The notes under the pieces are model-generated. The model did not search any database. It was given only the letters and a program-made list of their open reading frames with translations, and was not told the origin of the DNA. DNA of 64,000 nucleotides from a virus (Duplodnaviria; Caudoviricetes). Below are positions 53,915 through 62,195 of this stretch, in pieces. Positions within the stretch are counted from its first letter, which is position 1; each line of letters opens with the position of its first letter. The stretch covers positions 13,877 to 77,876 of IMG/VR virus record IMGVR_UViG_2974704529_000001, one strand, 5' to 3'. Made by a program: the position numbers and the translations under genes.

Positions 53915-53987
53915 TGCCCCCACAAGGGATCGAACCTTGGACCCGATGATTAAAAGTCACCTGCTCTGCCAACTGAGCTATAGGGGC
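53915..53987 (-). tRNA. tRNA-Lys(TTT), opposite strand to the other tRNAs
   Basis: GCCCCTATAGCTCAGTTGGCAGAGCAGGTGACTTTTAATCATC...GGTTCGATCCC. Confidence 0.92.
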
Positions 53988-54012
53988 GCGGGTGGCAGTA
54001 TAGCAGGCCACC

Positions 54013-54447
54013 CTAGGACATCCTTACGTCGGAACGGCGCTTAACTATCTTGGCGATAGCCAGCTCTGCGTCCTCGTCGGGCGCGTCGATGCACTCGATG
54101 CCGTGGGCGGCTGCCTCGGCTCCGGACGAGAACAGTGGAACCGGGGTGCTGTAGTCGTATGTGGCGTCCAGCTCCTCCGGTGACATGGACCCGAACGCGG
54201 ATGCCAGGCGCAACGCCAGCAGGTTGTCCGGTCCGTGGGTGCCTACCCACCCGGCGCAGAGACGCGCTTGTGGGTCGTCACGTTCGTTCTGGTGGCACTG
54301 GAACAGGCCGGTTGGCTGGTATGGCATGTCAGCGTCGTACTGTGGGAGCTTGACGTATTCCTGCTCAGCCCAGATGCCGCTAGGCACGTCGCGGCGGTAT
54401 GGGCATGAGGCGCAGGGGTTCGGAGCTGGCCGGTTGATATCGCTCAC
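54013..54447 (-). CDS. DUF6283-like Cys-rich protein
   Basis: PCASCPYRRDVPSGIW...FQCH...LCAGW. Confidence 0.75.
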   Translation of the reverse strand: MSDINRPAPNPCASCPYRRDVPSGIWAEQEYVKLPQYDADMPYQPTGLFQCHQNERDDPQARLCAGWVGTHGPDNLLALRLASAFGSMSPEELDATYDYSTPVPLFSSGAEAAAHGIECIDAPDEDAELAIAKIVKRRSDVRMS

Positions 54448-54626
54448 TGTCCTAGCTCCTGGCTCAGTTCTTCAAGTTCGATCAGGTCGAGCGCTTCTCG
54501 GAAGGCGCTTGATCGTGAGGCTGCCGCAAACCCGTCTAAGGCTGTCGTGCCTGGGTTGTAGATTATGGCGTCAGCCTCTTCGCGCAGCTTCTTTATTCCG
54601 GCTTTAACATTTTCAAGGTTGCCCAT
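54444..54626 (-). CDS. Hypothetical protein (probably leaderless)
   Basis: ATG 7 nt downstream of a -10 box. Confidence 0.6.
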   Translation of the reverse strand: MGNLENVKAGIKKLREEADAIIYNPGTTALDGFAAASRSSAFREALDLIELEELSQELGQ

Positions 54627-54632
54627 ACAGGT

Positions 54633-54661
54633 ATGGTACTAGCCATGTACTTACGGGTCAA
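54633..54661 (-). promoter_or_regulatory. SigA-like promoter with GTAC spacer motif
   Basis: TTGACC-CGTAAGTACATGGCTAG-TACCAT. Confidence 0.65.
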
Positions 54662-55223
54662 CACCCAATATAGCGAGAATTTCACCAGGGGTAACCCGCT
54701 CATTCTCTGCCTTAGCGTCGAGCGCTAACGCCTTAAGCTTCTCTAGCTTGTTCTCCGCGATCTCGCGCAGTGCATGAGGGGTGCGGTCCTTAGCCTTAGC
54801 GACGTAGAACACCCACTCTTGGTTAGTGTCCTTCTCGCGCAGCCGGGATTCCAGGTAATTGACATCTGTCGGGTACTGGGCGTGCCAAACCTTAGCGATG
54901 GCCACGAACTGGTCAGCCAGCCATTGGGGGAGACCCAAGCTGAACGCGTTGGGGTCCAGCTCGTTAACGAATGCCTCGGTCTCAGCGGTTAGGTGCGCCT
55001 TGACCTTGGCGTACTTCTCAGCCTTCTTGGCGCTCTTGTGGCGGTCCTCCGGCGGAATGCTGAGGACTAGCTGGTTCTCGGAGCGCCAGCCTTTCGTGTT
55101 GCCGTCGTCCTTAATGACGGCGTGCGGCCAGGTAAGGCCGATGACGTTTATGAGCGTCCCGGTAATGTCGATAGGCAGGGGCAGCTCAATGCGAATGTCA
55201 ACGTTGTCGTCGCTCACTTCCAT
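54651..55223 (-). CDS. Hypothetical protein
   Basis: 190-aa ORF; GGAGGG RBS. Confidence 0.7.
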   Translation of the reverse strand: MEVSDDNVDIRIELPLPIDITGTLINVIGLTWPHAVIKDDGNTKGWRSENQLVLSIPPEDRHKSAKKAEKYAKVKAHLTAETEAFVNELDPNAFSLGLPQWLADQFVAIAKVWHAQYPTDVNYLESRLREKDTNQEWVFYVAKAKDRTPHALREIAENKLEKLKALALDAKAENERVTPGEILAILGVDP

Positions 55224-55367
55224 GCCCTCCTTTCGCCGGGGCCGACGAACAGGAACGGCCCTAGCGTGATTACGAACAGCTTCTCGTCTGACTTGGTGTT
55301 AGACGATTGCGACATGGCCGTAAAGAACTGACCTAACGTCGCTTTAATGAGGCGCGGACGCCAGCGG

Positions 55368-55613
55368 CTAATCATCTTCATTCCACCTTTCACCGGCATA
55401 AGTCGGGTCGAACCAGTCTGGCGGCTGGTCGGTGTCGGGGTACCGGGCACGGATAGCGTCGATCTGTGGTTGCACGCGTTCGACGTACAGCCGGTAGTGG
55501 CGCTCACATCGCGGGTATGACTCGCCGGAGCCGGACAGGGACGCGTAGAGGCTCACTACGCCCTCGCAGTCTCCCAGCTCGTCAACGTGGCCGTGATCCA
55601 CACAGGCAACCAT
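55368..55613 (-). CDS. Hypothetical protein
   Basis: C...CERH...PDWFDPTYAGERWNED motif common in actinophages. Confidence 0.65.
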   Translation of the reverse strand: MVACVDHGHVDELGDCEGVVSLYASLSGSGESYPRCERHYRLYVERVQPQIDAIRARYPDTDQPPDWFDPTYAGERWNEDD

Positions 55614-55641
55614 TACGACACCTTCCGTCACAGTGACATTT

Positions 55642-56493
55642 CTACTTCGTGAGACCGAGCTGACGCAGCACGGCGGGTACGAACTTACCGGCCTGCGAAT
55701 TGTCGGAAATGCAGGGAATGTAAATCGAGTACGGAGGAAAGTCCTCCATGTCGGACGCGTTGTTAATGCACGAACCGTACCCGCCGCCTGGGTTGATGCC
55801 GCAAGCATCGCGCACGTCGGCATCGTGTGCGTGCATAGCGTTGAACAGATGGGCGCGCAGGAATGAGTTGTGCGTCAGTGCGTACATGAACATGGACACG
55901 TCGAACGGCTCACCGGCTTTCTTAAGCCGCACTGCGGTGCGGGCACGGTATTCACTACCCCAACCACGCACGTACATGTCGACCCAGATTTCGGCCTGCA
56001 TACCGGCGGTCTCGATGGCTTCCACCAGAGCAAACATGGCTTCGCCGTTTTCCTTAATCGCCTTAGCTGTAATCGTCCAGTTGTAGGTGATGTTAAGGAT
56101 GAGCGCGACAATCTTATTCTGGCCGGGTTCCTCGGTGGGCGTGAAGTCCACCATGCACTCCGGCTCACCTTCCATGTAACGCCCCATGTCGACGTAAGCA
56201 CCGGCTGTGTCGTGGTAGTCGTTGAACGCGGGCCGGTACAAATCGCCTGCCAGTAGGGCTACCTTGTGCTCTGCGAGGTTGATCGCCTCGACACCGGCCT
56301 TGGGCAAACCCTTCTGTGCGAGCTGGTCTGCTTCCTGCATGTTCTTAGCGCCGTAGAACGACGGGTCGTCCATGTCTTTAGAGCGGTGGTCCTTACCCTC
56401 GCGGTTGTGGGTAAGCAGGTCGTCAAAAGAATCGAACGTGATAACGCTCCGCTTGACGTTGCGTTCCTTGTCGTCGTACCGCTGCATACGCAT
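55642..56493 (-). CDS. vWA-like partner of AAA+ ATPase, copy 1 (DUF7192-like)
   Basis: AGAYVDMGRYMEGEPECM; ALVEAIETAG; paralogue of 59561-60409. Confidence 0.7.
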   Translation of the reverse strand: MRMQRYDDKERNVKRSVITFDSFDDLLTHNREGKDHRSKDMDDPSFYGAKNMQEADQLAQKGLPKAGVEAINLAEHKVALLAGDLYRPAFNDYHDTAGAYVDMGRYMEGEPECMVDFTPTEEPGQNKIVALILNITYNWTITAKAIKENGEAMFALVEAIETAGMQAEIWVDMYVRGWGSEYRARTAVRLKKAGEPFDVSMFMYALTHNSFLRAHLFNAMHAHDADVRDACGINPGGGYGSCINNASDMEDFPPYSIYIPCISDNSQAGKFVPAVLRQLGLTK

Positions 56494-56579
56494 GGTTAAG
56501 CCACCTTTGAATTTAGGAACTTTAGGAAGGTTTAGCGAATAAAGCTAAAAAGTTTTTGGAATGGGAGACGAGCGGGGGA

Positions 56580-56951
56580 TTACTCCCCCGCCCGCTCCAC
56601 CATTTCGACCACCTTGCCGGGGACGGCCAGGGTGTTGCCGTCCTCGTCTGCGCCACCGGTCACCACAACCACTCCGCGCAGGTGGTCTTTGCCGGTCATG
56701 ACAGGGTTCACACTCCACCACAGAGTTGTCGCCTGCCAGTTCACCGGCTGATTCAAGATTCTACCTTCACCGTTGATGAAGAAGGTGACATCAGCGGCCT
56801 CCACGTCGGGGCCAGTCCACCCGTACGCTGCCTCAATGTCCCCGTCCACGGCGTGCCGCATGGCTGTCAGCTCGTGGGTGTTGGTCACTTCCATGATCCA
56901 GCGTGCCCCCGAAGGGTGAAGGACCAGGGCGCGGTGGGTGTCGTTGCTCAT
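56580..56951 (-). CDS. DUF3846-like protein
   Basis: AVDGDIE...FFINGEGRILNQPVN...LRGVVVVTG. Confidence 0.75.
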   Translation of the reverse strand: MSNDTHRALVLHPSGARWIMEVTNTHELTAMRHAVDGDIEAAYGWTGPDVEAADVTFFINGEGRILNQPVNWQATTLWWSVNPVMTGKDHLRGVVVVTGGADEDGNTLAVPGKVVEMVERAGE

Positions 56952-56958
56952 GTCACTC

Positions 56959-56988
56959 ACTGTACACGGCCAGTACGCAGCGTGTCAA
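56959..56988 (-). promoter_or_regulatory. SigA-like promoter with GTAC spacer motif
   Basis: TTGACA-CGCTGCGTACTGGCCGTG-TACAGT. Confidence 0.7.
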
Positions 56989-57218
56989 CACCGATCTTCA
57001 ACAGAAAGTCGCGGGTTCTTACCTGCGGCGATGTTCTGCAAGGTTCCACGCGTGAACTTAGTTGCTACTTCTAGCTCGTTGTACGAATAGCCGGTTTCTT
57101 TAGCTTCGCGTATCGCGTCATAGAGAGCCACGGTCTCAGCAATAATTGCCTCGGTGCGAGCGGCGATGGCAATAAGTGTGGCGTCAGAAACCATGCTCGG
57201 AGAGTACACGCTCTCCAT
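56985..57218 (-). CDS. HTH DNA-binding protein
   Basis: GYSYNELEVATKFTRGTLQNI. Confidence 0.65.
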   Translation of the reverse strand: MESVYSPSMVSDATLIAIAARTEAIIAETVALYDAIREAKETGYSYNELEVATKFTRGTLQNIAAGKNPRLSVEDRC

Positions 57219-57387
57219 CGTTAACCTCCCTTAGACGCGCGTCGATTGCGTCGATGCGGCGTTGATTGTGCTCTATCTCGCGCACTAGTCGAATGCGCTC
57301 TTGTGTCAAGCGGTGACGTTCCTGCCGGAGCATGAGAGCGGCGGTGCTGTCGGGTATGTCTGGGAGGAAGCTAGGCACCCTTACCAT
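57184..57387 (-). CDS. Small coiled-coil protein
   Basis: AAGGA RBS; heptad pattern. Confidence 0.55.
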   Translation of the reverse strand: MVRVPSFLPDIPDSTAALMLRQERHRLTQERIRLVREIEHNQRRIDAIDARLREVNDGERVLSEHGF

Positions 57388-57464
57388 TCCTTAGCTTTAA
57401 ATGCGTGTGGGCGGACCCGGTTATGTGATAACCAGACCCGCCCACCAAGTTACACCGGTAGACG

Positions 57465-57728
57465 CTAGTCCACGGCCTCTGCGAGCGCCTTAGCTAGGTG
57501 CTCAAAGTAGGGGAGTACCGGCTGGTTGCAGGCGTCGAGCCTGACCAGCGTGTTCTTGATCTGTAGCTGCTCGGACGCGGACACGCCCTTGGCTACCTCG
57601 ACCACGACGGATACCGGGATGAAGTGGGTTTCCCACTGGTGACCTGGGGTTTCGATGGTGAACGTGTGGTTTAGGTCTACGTCCTTCTCGTCTAGGAACG
57701 TGTCAAACCATTTCGTGAATGCGCTCAT
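57465..57728 (-). CDS. Hypothetical protein
   Basis: FTKWFDTFLDEKD motif seen in phage proteins. Confidence 0.65.
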   Translation of the reverse strand: MSAFTKWFDTFLDEKDVDLNHTFTIETPGHQWETHFIPVSVVVEVAKGVSASEQLQIKNTLVRLDACNQPVLPYFEHLAKALAEAVD

Positions 57729-57740
57729 GTTTACGTGTCC

Positions 57741-58019
57741 TTAGAACAGTCGGAGAGTTTCGATCTGCACGTCAGTGGTGCCGAAGTCGTCCAGCTCGTG
57801 CATACGTGACGTGAACTCACCGTCCTTACGCTTCTCGGCCCACTCAATGCGACCCTCGCGGTTAAACCGCACTTCCAGCTCGAACATGCCGCCGTATCTG
57901 CCGGGCTTCTCGTAGACAACGACGTTGCCGTTGTCAAAGATCAGTTCCCAGTCCTTAGCGGTGGCACGCTCACGTACCAAGTCGCCTACGCCGTAGACGT
58001 GTGTGGTTTGTGTGGGCAT
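57741..58019 (-). CDS. Hypothetical protein
   Basis: GGAGG RBS. Confidence 0.6.
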   Translation of the reverse strand: MPTQTTHVYGVGDLVRERATAKDWELIFDNGNVVVYEKPGRYGGMFELEVRFNREGRIEWAEKRKDGEFTSRMHELDDFGTTDVQIETLRLF

Positions 58020-58156
58020 GTCATTCCTCCGGCAGTTTCACGCCGAACATCGGCGGGTGTGTTGGGTGGTATCCGACGACGGGTGTTCCGCCGACCATGA
58101 GGGACACCATGACGACGTTCCAGATCGCTTGGGCCTGCTTCTGCCACGCCAACATG

Positions 58157-58372
58157 TCAGCTCGCCATCGCTAGCGCGTCGTCTGCCTCGGCCTCGTCCA
58201 TCGCGGCCTGGACCGCGCCCTTGAGGCCGAACTTGCCCTTGTTGGACGTGTCCTCGCGGGGGAGCTGCGGGTGGCGCTCGGTCGGGAAGTCGTAGGTCAC
58301 GGTCCCGTCCTCGTGTTCGTACATGACGGTGAATCCGGTGGGGCTGACCCACTTCACTTGGCTGTTGCTCAT
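58157..58372 (-). CDS. Hypothetical protein (probably leaderless)
   Basis: ATG 8 nt downstream of a -10 box. Confidence 0.6.
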   Translation of the reverse strand: MSNSQVKWVSPTGFTVMYEHEDGTVTYDFPTERHPQLPREDTSNKGKFGLKGAVQAAMDEAEADDALAMAS

Positions 58373-58379
58373 GGACCTC

Positions 58380-58407
58380 ACAATACATGCCCTGTACTTC
58401 ATGTCAA
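58380..58407 (-). promoter_or_regulatory. SigA-like promoter with GTAC spacer motif
   Basis: TTGACA-TGAAGTACAGGGCATG-TATTGT. Confidence 0.65.
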
Positions 58408-58431
58408 CTGTTCTTACTAAGGGGGTTAAGC

Positions 58432-58884
58432 ATGGGTGGTCGTGGAGGCGGCGGAACCGGTGGCGGTAAAGGTGGCGGTAAGGGTAGTGACAGTGACGTA
58501 ACGGTGGATAAGCGGCCTGCTGTGGACGCTGCTGCTGAGAAGCACAGTGACCCGAATGCTGCGGCTGAGTCATTGGGACTTACGGGTGCCGATAAGGACC
58601 ATTTCGTAAACGGCGCTAATTCGACTGAGCGGAAGCTTGACGATGCGGGTAGCCCTGAGGCTGCGGCGGCGAAGTTTAAGGCGGCTGTGATCGCGTATGA
58701 GCGTAAGTATGGGCGTGGTGCGGCTCAGGTGTACTCACGTGGTGGGTACTGGTCGCTGGTGAGGTTTATCAAGACGGTTATGGCGGTGTCGTCCACGGTG
58801 ACGCAGGCGGGTAGCGCTCCGGCGTTGGCGGCTGTGAATGCGGCGATGCTTACTGCGTACTGGGTGGATCGAGCGAAGCGCTAG
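58432..58884 (+). CDS. Second MGGRG-leader protein
   Basis: AAGGGGG RBS; N-terminus like 52758-53111. Confidence 0.65.
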   Translation: MGGRGGGGTGGGKGGGKGSDSDVTVDKRPAVDAAAEKHSDPNAAAESLGLTGADKDHFVNGANSTERKLDDAGSPEAAAAKFKAAVIAYERKYGRGAAQVYSRGGYWSLVRFIKTVMAVSSTVTQAGSAPALAAVNAAMLTAYWVDRAKR

Positions 58885-58890
58885 ATTTTC

Positions 58891-58937
58891 CAATTTTCTC
58901 AATTTCGCAATTTTCCAATTTTGCAATTATGCCAATT
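58891..58937. repeat. Six CAATT repeats at 8-9 bp spacing
   Basis: CAATT at 58891, 58900, 58908, 58916, 58924 and 58933. Confidence 0.85.
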
Positions 58938-59560
58938 CTCCTCCCCGGCCCCGGCTGGGCGTTTGTCCTGGTCGGGGGGGCGGGTGTGGTGGGGAACCGA
59001 GCAGCACCCACGGATCGGGCGGCTAACCTAAGGTCAGCCCAGGTCGCGGGGCTAAGCCGGTGGGGAACCGAGCAGCAGCCTCGAACTAACGTGCGATTTG
59101 CTAAGGTCGCGGTCGAACACCCGTTCGAGTCATTTGCTTAGGCAAACGAACCTTTTTTCGACCAAACCCTTAGGCTTGCGAACTAGTTAGCGGGAGCCGC
59201 TAACACGCACCGGCTAACGCTGGTCACCGGGCCACGCGGCTAAGTGCCCTTAGGTTGCTTAGCGCTAGCGGCCAGGGGACCGGGTAAGCCACGCGGGAGC
59301 GCGGCCAGCACGACGGGACCACAGGGGACCGGGAGCGCGGCCAGGGCACGCGGGTAGCGCCAACCACACGACGGGACCGGTTACCTAACGCCAGGGAGCG
59401 CGGCAGAATGGCCGCTAGATTCAACGCTGGCGGACTTTTAGGACCGGTTAGGGTAAGGGTGCCCAAGAACGCGCTAGGGACGCTTAGGGAGCGCGCCAGC
59501 CAGGGCACGAAAAAACGCCAGGGCACTTGCTCCCCTGGCGCTTAGTGGACCGGTTACGGG

Positions 59561-60409
59561 CTAGCTGATACCTAGGTCTCGGAGTACCTGAGCGACGGTC
59601 TCGCTAGCGTTATCGCCGTAACGCACGGCGGGCAAGTAAACCGCTCCCTCACCGTAGGTCTCAGGGACCATTACCGATTCTTTAACCACGTACCCGTAGC
59701 CGCTACCGACGTTGTACTTACGTTGTTCCGACGACGGGAGCGCGTGCATAGCGTTGAACTTAAGAACGCGCAACATGGACGGGTCTGTGAACGCGTACAT
59801 AACCGCGCCCATGTCTAACGGCTGGCTGGCAGCCTTGATCTTGACGCTAATCCGGTAATACTCGTCAATCGTGTCGAACCCGTTACGCGCTTGGTTGGTT
59901 GAATCGGTCCAAAGTTCGGTTGACCGGCCCGACGTTTCAACTGCCTTGATCAGTGCCACGATCAACCGGCCCCGCTCCCGCAAGTCCTCCGCGCTAATGC
60001 CACCCGACGCGTTGATATTGCTAACGATGGTCACGACGGGACGGGTAACGGGTACCTCATCGAACGTGGTTTGAATCATGCACTCAGGTTCACCGGTAAC
60101 AAACCGGCCCATGTCGACGTAAGCACCGGCTACGTCGTAGGTGCTTTCCATGTCGTACGTGTTGACCTGTCGCATAGCGCTATCGGTAAGGGACCGTGAC
60201 GTGTCCAGAACCTTAACGCCATCCTCCGGCAGACCGGCTAGCGCTTTGTCGCACGCTTCATTAATGCTGGCTACGCCGGAGAACTCACGGTTAGCGCGTG
60301 CGCTGCGCTTGCCCATGTTGTAGTGCTTGTGTGCGCGCTGGTATTCGGCGAACTCTGCAAGGCTGGCATAGCTGTGCTGGATAATGTTGCCCGGTTTCGT
60401 GACCTGCAT
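59561..60409 (-). CDS. vWA-like partner of AAA+ ATPase, copy 2 (DUF7192-like)
   Basis: VAGAYVDMGRFVTGEPECM; ALIKAVETSG. Confidence 0.72.
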   Translation of the reverse strand: MQVTKPGNIIQHSYASLAEFAEYQRAHKHYNMGKRSARANREFSGVASINEACDKALAGLPEDGVKVLDTSRSLTDSAMRQVNTYDMESTYDVAGAYVDMGRFVTGEPECMIQTTFDEVPVTRPVVTIVSNINASGGISAEDLRERGRLIVALIKAVETSGRSTELWTDSTNQARNGFDTIDEYYRISVKIKAASQPLDMGAVMYAFTDPSMLRVLKFNAMHALPSSEQRKYNVGSGYGYVVKESVMVPETYGEGAVYLPAVRYGDNASETVAQVLRDLGIS

Positions 60410-60452
60410 TTTTCAATCCTCCCGTTTGGGCTGTGGTGACCTGCTACCCGTC

Positions 60453-60481
60453 AAGTTACAGCACGTGTACCCGGTGCGCAA
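60453..60481 (-). promoter_or_regulatory. SigA-like promoter with GTAC spacer motif
   Basis: TTGCGC-ACCGGGTACACGTGCTG-TAACTT. Confidence 0.65.
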
Positions 60482-60617
60482 CGTAGCGCGGCCAGGGGAC
60501 GGAAACCAAGCAGCTCCGTCATGGCTGGCTGGCGCTAGGCCACGCGCTAAGCAACCCTTAGGCACAAAGCAAAGGGACCGGCTACCCGTAGGCAACCGGT
60601 CCCCTGTGAGCTAGTGG

Positions 60618-61850
60618 CTAGGCCACCTTGCGCCACGTGGCATCATCCATGCCCTTACGCAGGGACCAAGCGACTGCCTTATCCCAATCGACATTCTGTG
60701 CCAGAAGAGAAGCCATCTTCTGAGACGCACGCGGCGAGATAACCACGCCGGTCACAGCCTCACGCTTAACGTTCTCCCGAACGCGCTGCACGTAGGCAAC
60801 TGCACGCTTGGTCACGTCCAGCGGAGCACCCTTAGCCATAGCGGCAGCCATTTCGATATCGGTATCAATCTCAATCTCCATTGCGATGAACCGATCCATG
60901 AACTCCGCGCTGAATTTCTGCGCCGCCGGGTACTCCCACGTCGGACCCATGCCCCACGTGTTCGTAGCGGCCAGAATGACGTGATTCTTGGTCAGGCGGA
61001 CAATCTCGCGGTTAGGGAGCGCCAGGAACCGGTTAGACAGGATGGAGTTAAGGCCAGCCAGGATACCCGCGTGCGCCCGGTCCACTTCATCGCACAGCAA
61101 CACGCCGCCGTCAGGGTTGGTCGCCCAATCGTAAACCGCCGTAGGCACGTACTCGCCGGTAGCGGACATGTAACCCTTAAGCTCACTCGCCGTGCTCTGC
61201 AAGTGGAAGTTGACCACGTAGAACTCACGGCTAAGCGCGTCGGCTACCTGCTCGGACACGTGAGTCTTACCGACGCCGGGACCGCCGACCAACTGCACGT
61301 TTTCGCCGCTAGCGATGGCCGCGAGAATGTCGCCGAACTGCTTGTGCGTCACGCCTTCAATCTCGCGGGTCTCGGTCTCAGACTGCACATAGGTACGCGT
61401 CGGGTAGACGAACTCCTCCATTTTGCGCGAAATGATCGCTTCAATCTGGGTCTCGTCAAGCTGTTGCTTACCGAGCACCTTAAGCAGCATGTCGCGCAGC
61501 GCGGCCATTTCGTCAGCGCCAGCACTCTTAGAGTCGGTTTCGACGGTCTCGGTAGCCGTGCCCTGCGTCGGGACGGTCTCGGTCTCGGTCTCGGTCTGGC
61601 CACCGCCGAACGCGTCACGAATACGCTGCGATTCGTCGTCGTGGGTGCCGAACGTCTCAACACACACGTGCAAGAACTGCGCCGGGATGGACTCACCCTG
61701 TGCGGCAGCTTTGGTCAGCGCGTTCTTGATAACGAAATGCTCCGCGCCGTTCTCGTCGGCTGCGAGGTAAAACGGCCCTTCATTGCTGCACTTGGGGCAG
61801 CCGGTGCGCAGGGTCCGCTGTGAAAGCTTGGTCAAGTTGGTAACGGTCAT
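60618..61850 (-). CDS. AAA+ ATPase (MoxR/CbbQ/dynein-related type)
   Basis: GGPGVGKT Walker A; LCDEVD Walker B; ATNT; FMDRF; ISPRA. Confidence 0.9.
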   Translation of the reverse strand: MTVTNLTKLSQRTLRTGCPKCSNEGPFYLAADENGAEHFVIKNALTKAAAQGESIPAQFLHVCVETFGTHDDESQRIRDAFGGGQTETETETVPTQGTATETVETDSKSAGADEMAALRDMLLKVLGKQQLDETQIEAIISRKMEEFVYPTRTYVQSETETREIEGVTHKQFGDILAAIASGENVQLVGGPGVGKTHVSEQVADALSREFYVVNFHLQSTASELKGYMSATGEYVPTAVYDWATNPDGGVLLCDEVDRAHAGILAGLNSILSNRFLALPNREIVRLTKNHVILAATNTWGMGPTWEYPAAQKFSAEFMDRFIAMEIEIDTDIEMAAAMAKGAPLDVTKRAVAYVQRVRENVKREAVTGVVISPRASQKMASLLAQNVDWDKAVAWSLRKGMDDATWRKVA

Positions 61851-61910
61851 TTCGGTGTCCTCTCGCGGGGGCCGGTTGGTTGGGCCGGTCGGGTTGTGGT
61901 GACAAGAGAC

Positions 61911-61939
61911 AAGTTACACACCCTTTACTGTGTTTGCAA
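61911..61939 (-). promoter_or_regulatory. SigA-like promoter (GTAA variant)
   Basis: TTGCAA-ACACAGTAAAGGGTGTG-TAACTT. Confidence 0.65.
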
Positions 61940-62195
61940 ACTGTTAGGTACAGCGCACATAAAGTGCCTGATCAGGCTGTGTGTCCCTGTGTGTCGCTGT
62001 AGCGGCTAGGGGACGCGCTTAGGTCTCGTTATGTGTCGCTATGGGGACGCGCTAGCGACACTTAGGCCAGCGGCCAGCCAGCCAGCGACGGAGCTGCTTG
62101 GTTCGTGTCCGGCTACGGCTGGCACAGCGGCCAGGGCAGAACGCAAAGAACCCGCTACCCAAACGGGTAACGGGTTCTAAGCCAGGGGAGCGCGG

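Noticed and set aside
57447-57475. Eighth GTAC-type promoter
   Set aside because: It has a TAACTT -10 but no GTAC at the fixed position and no clear -35.
59224-59526. 100-aa minus-strand ORF
   Set aside because: It is an Arg/Pro/Ser-rich translation of a degenerate repeat region with no RBS.
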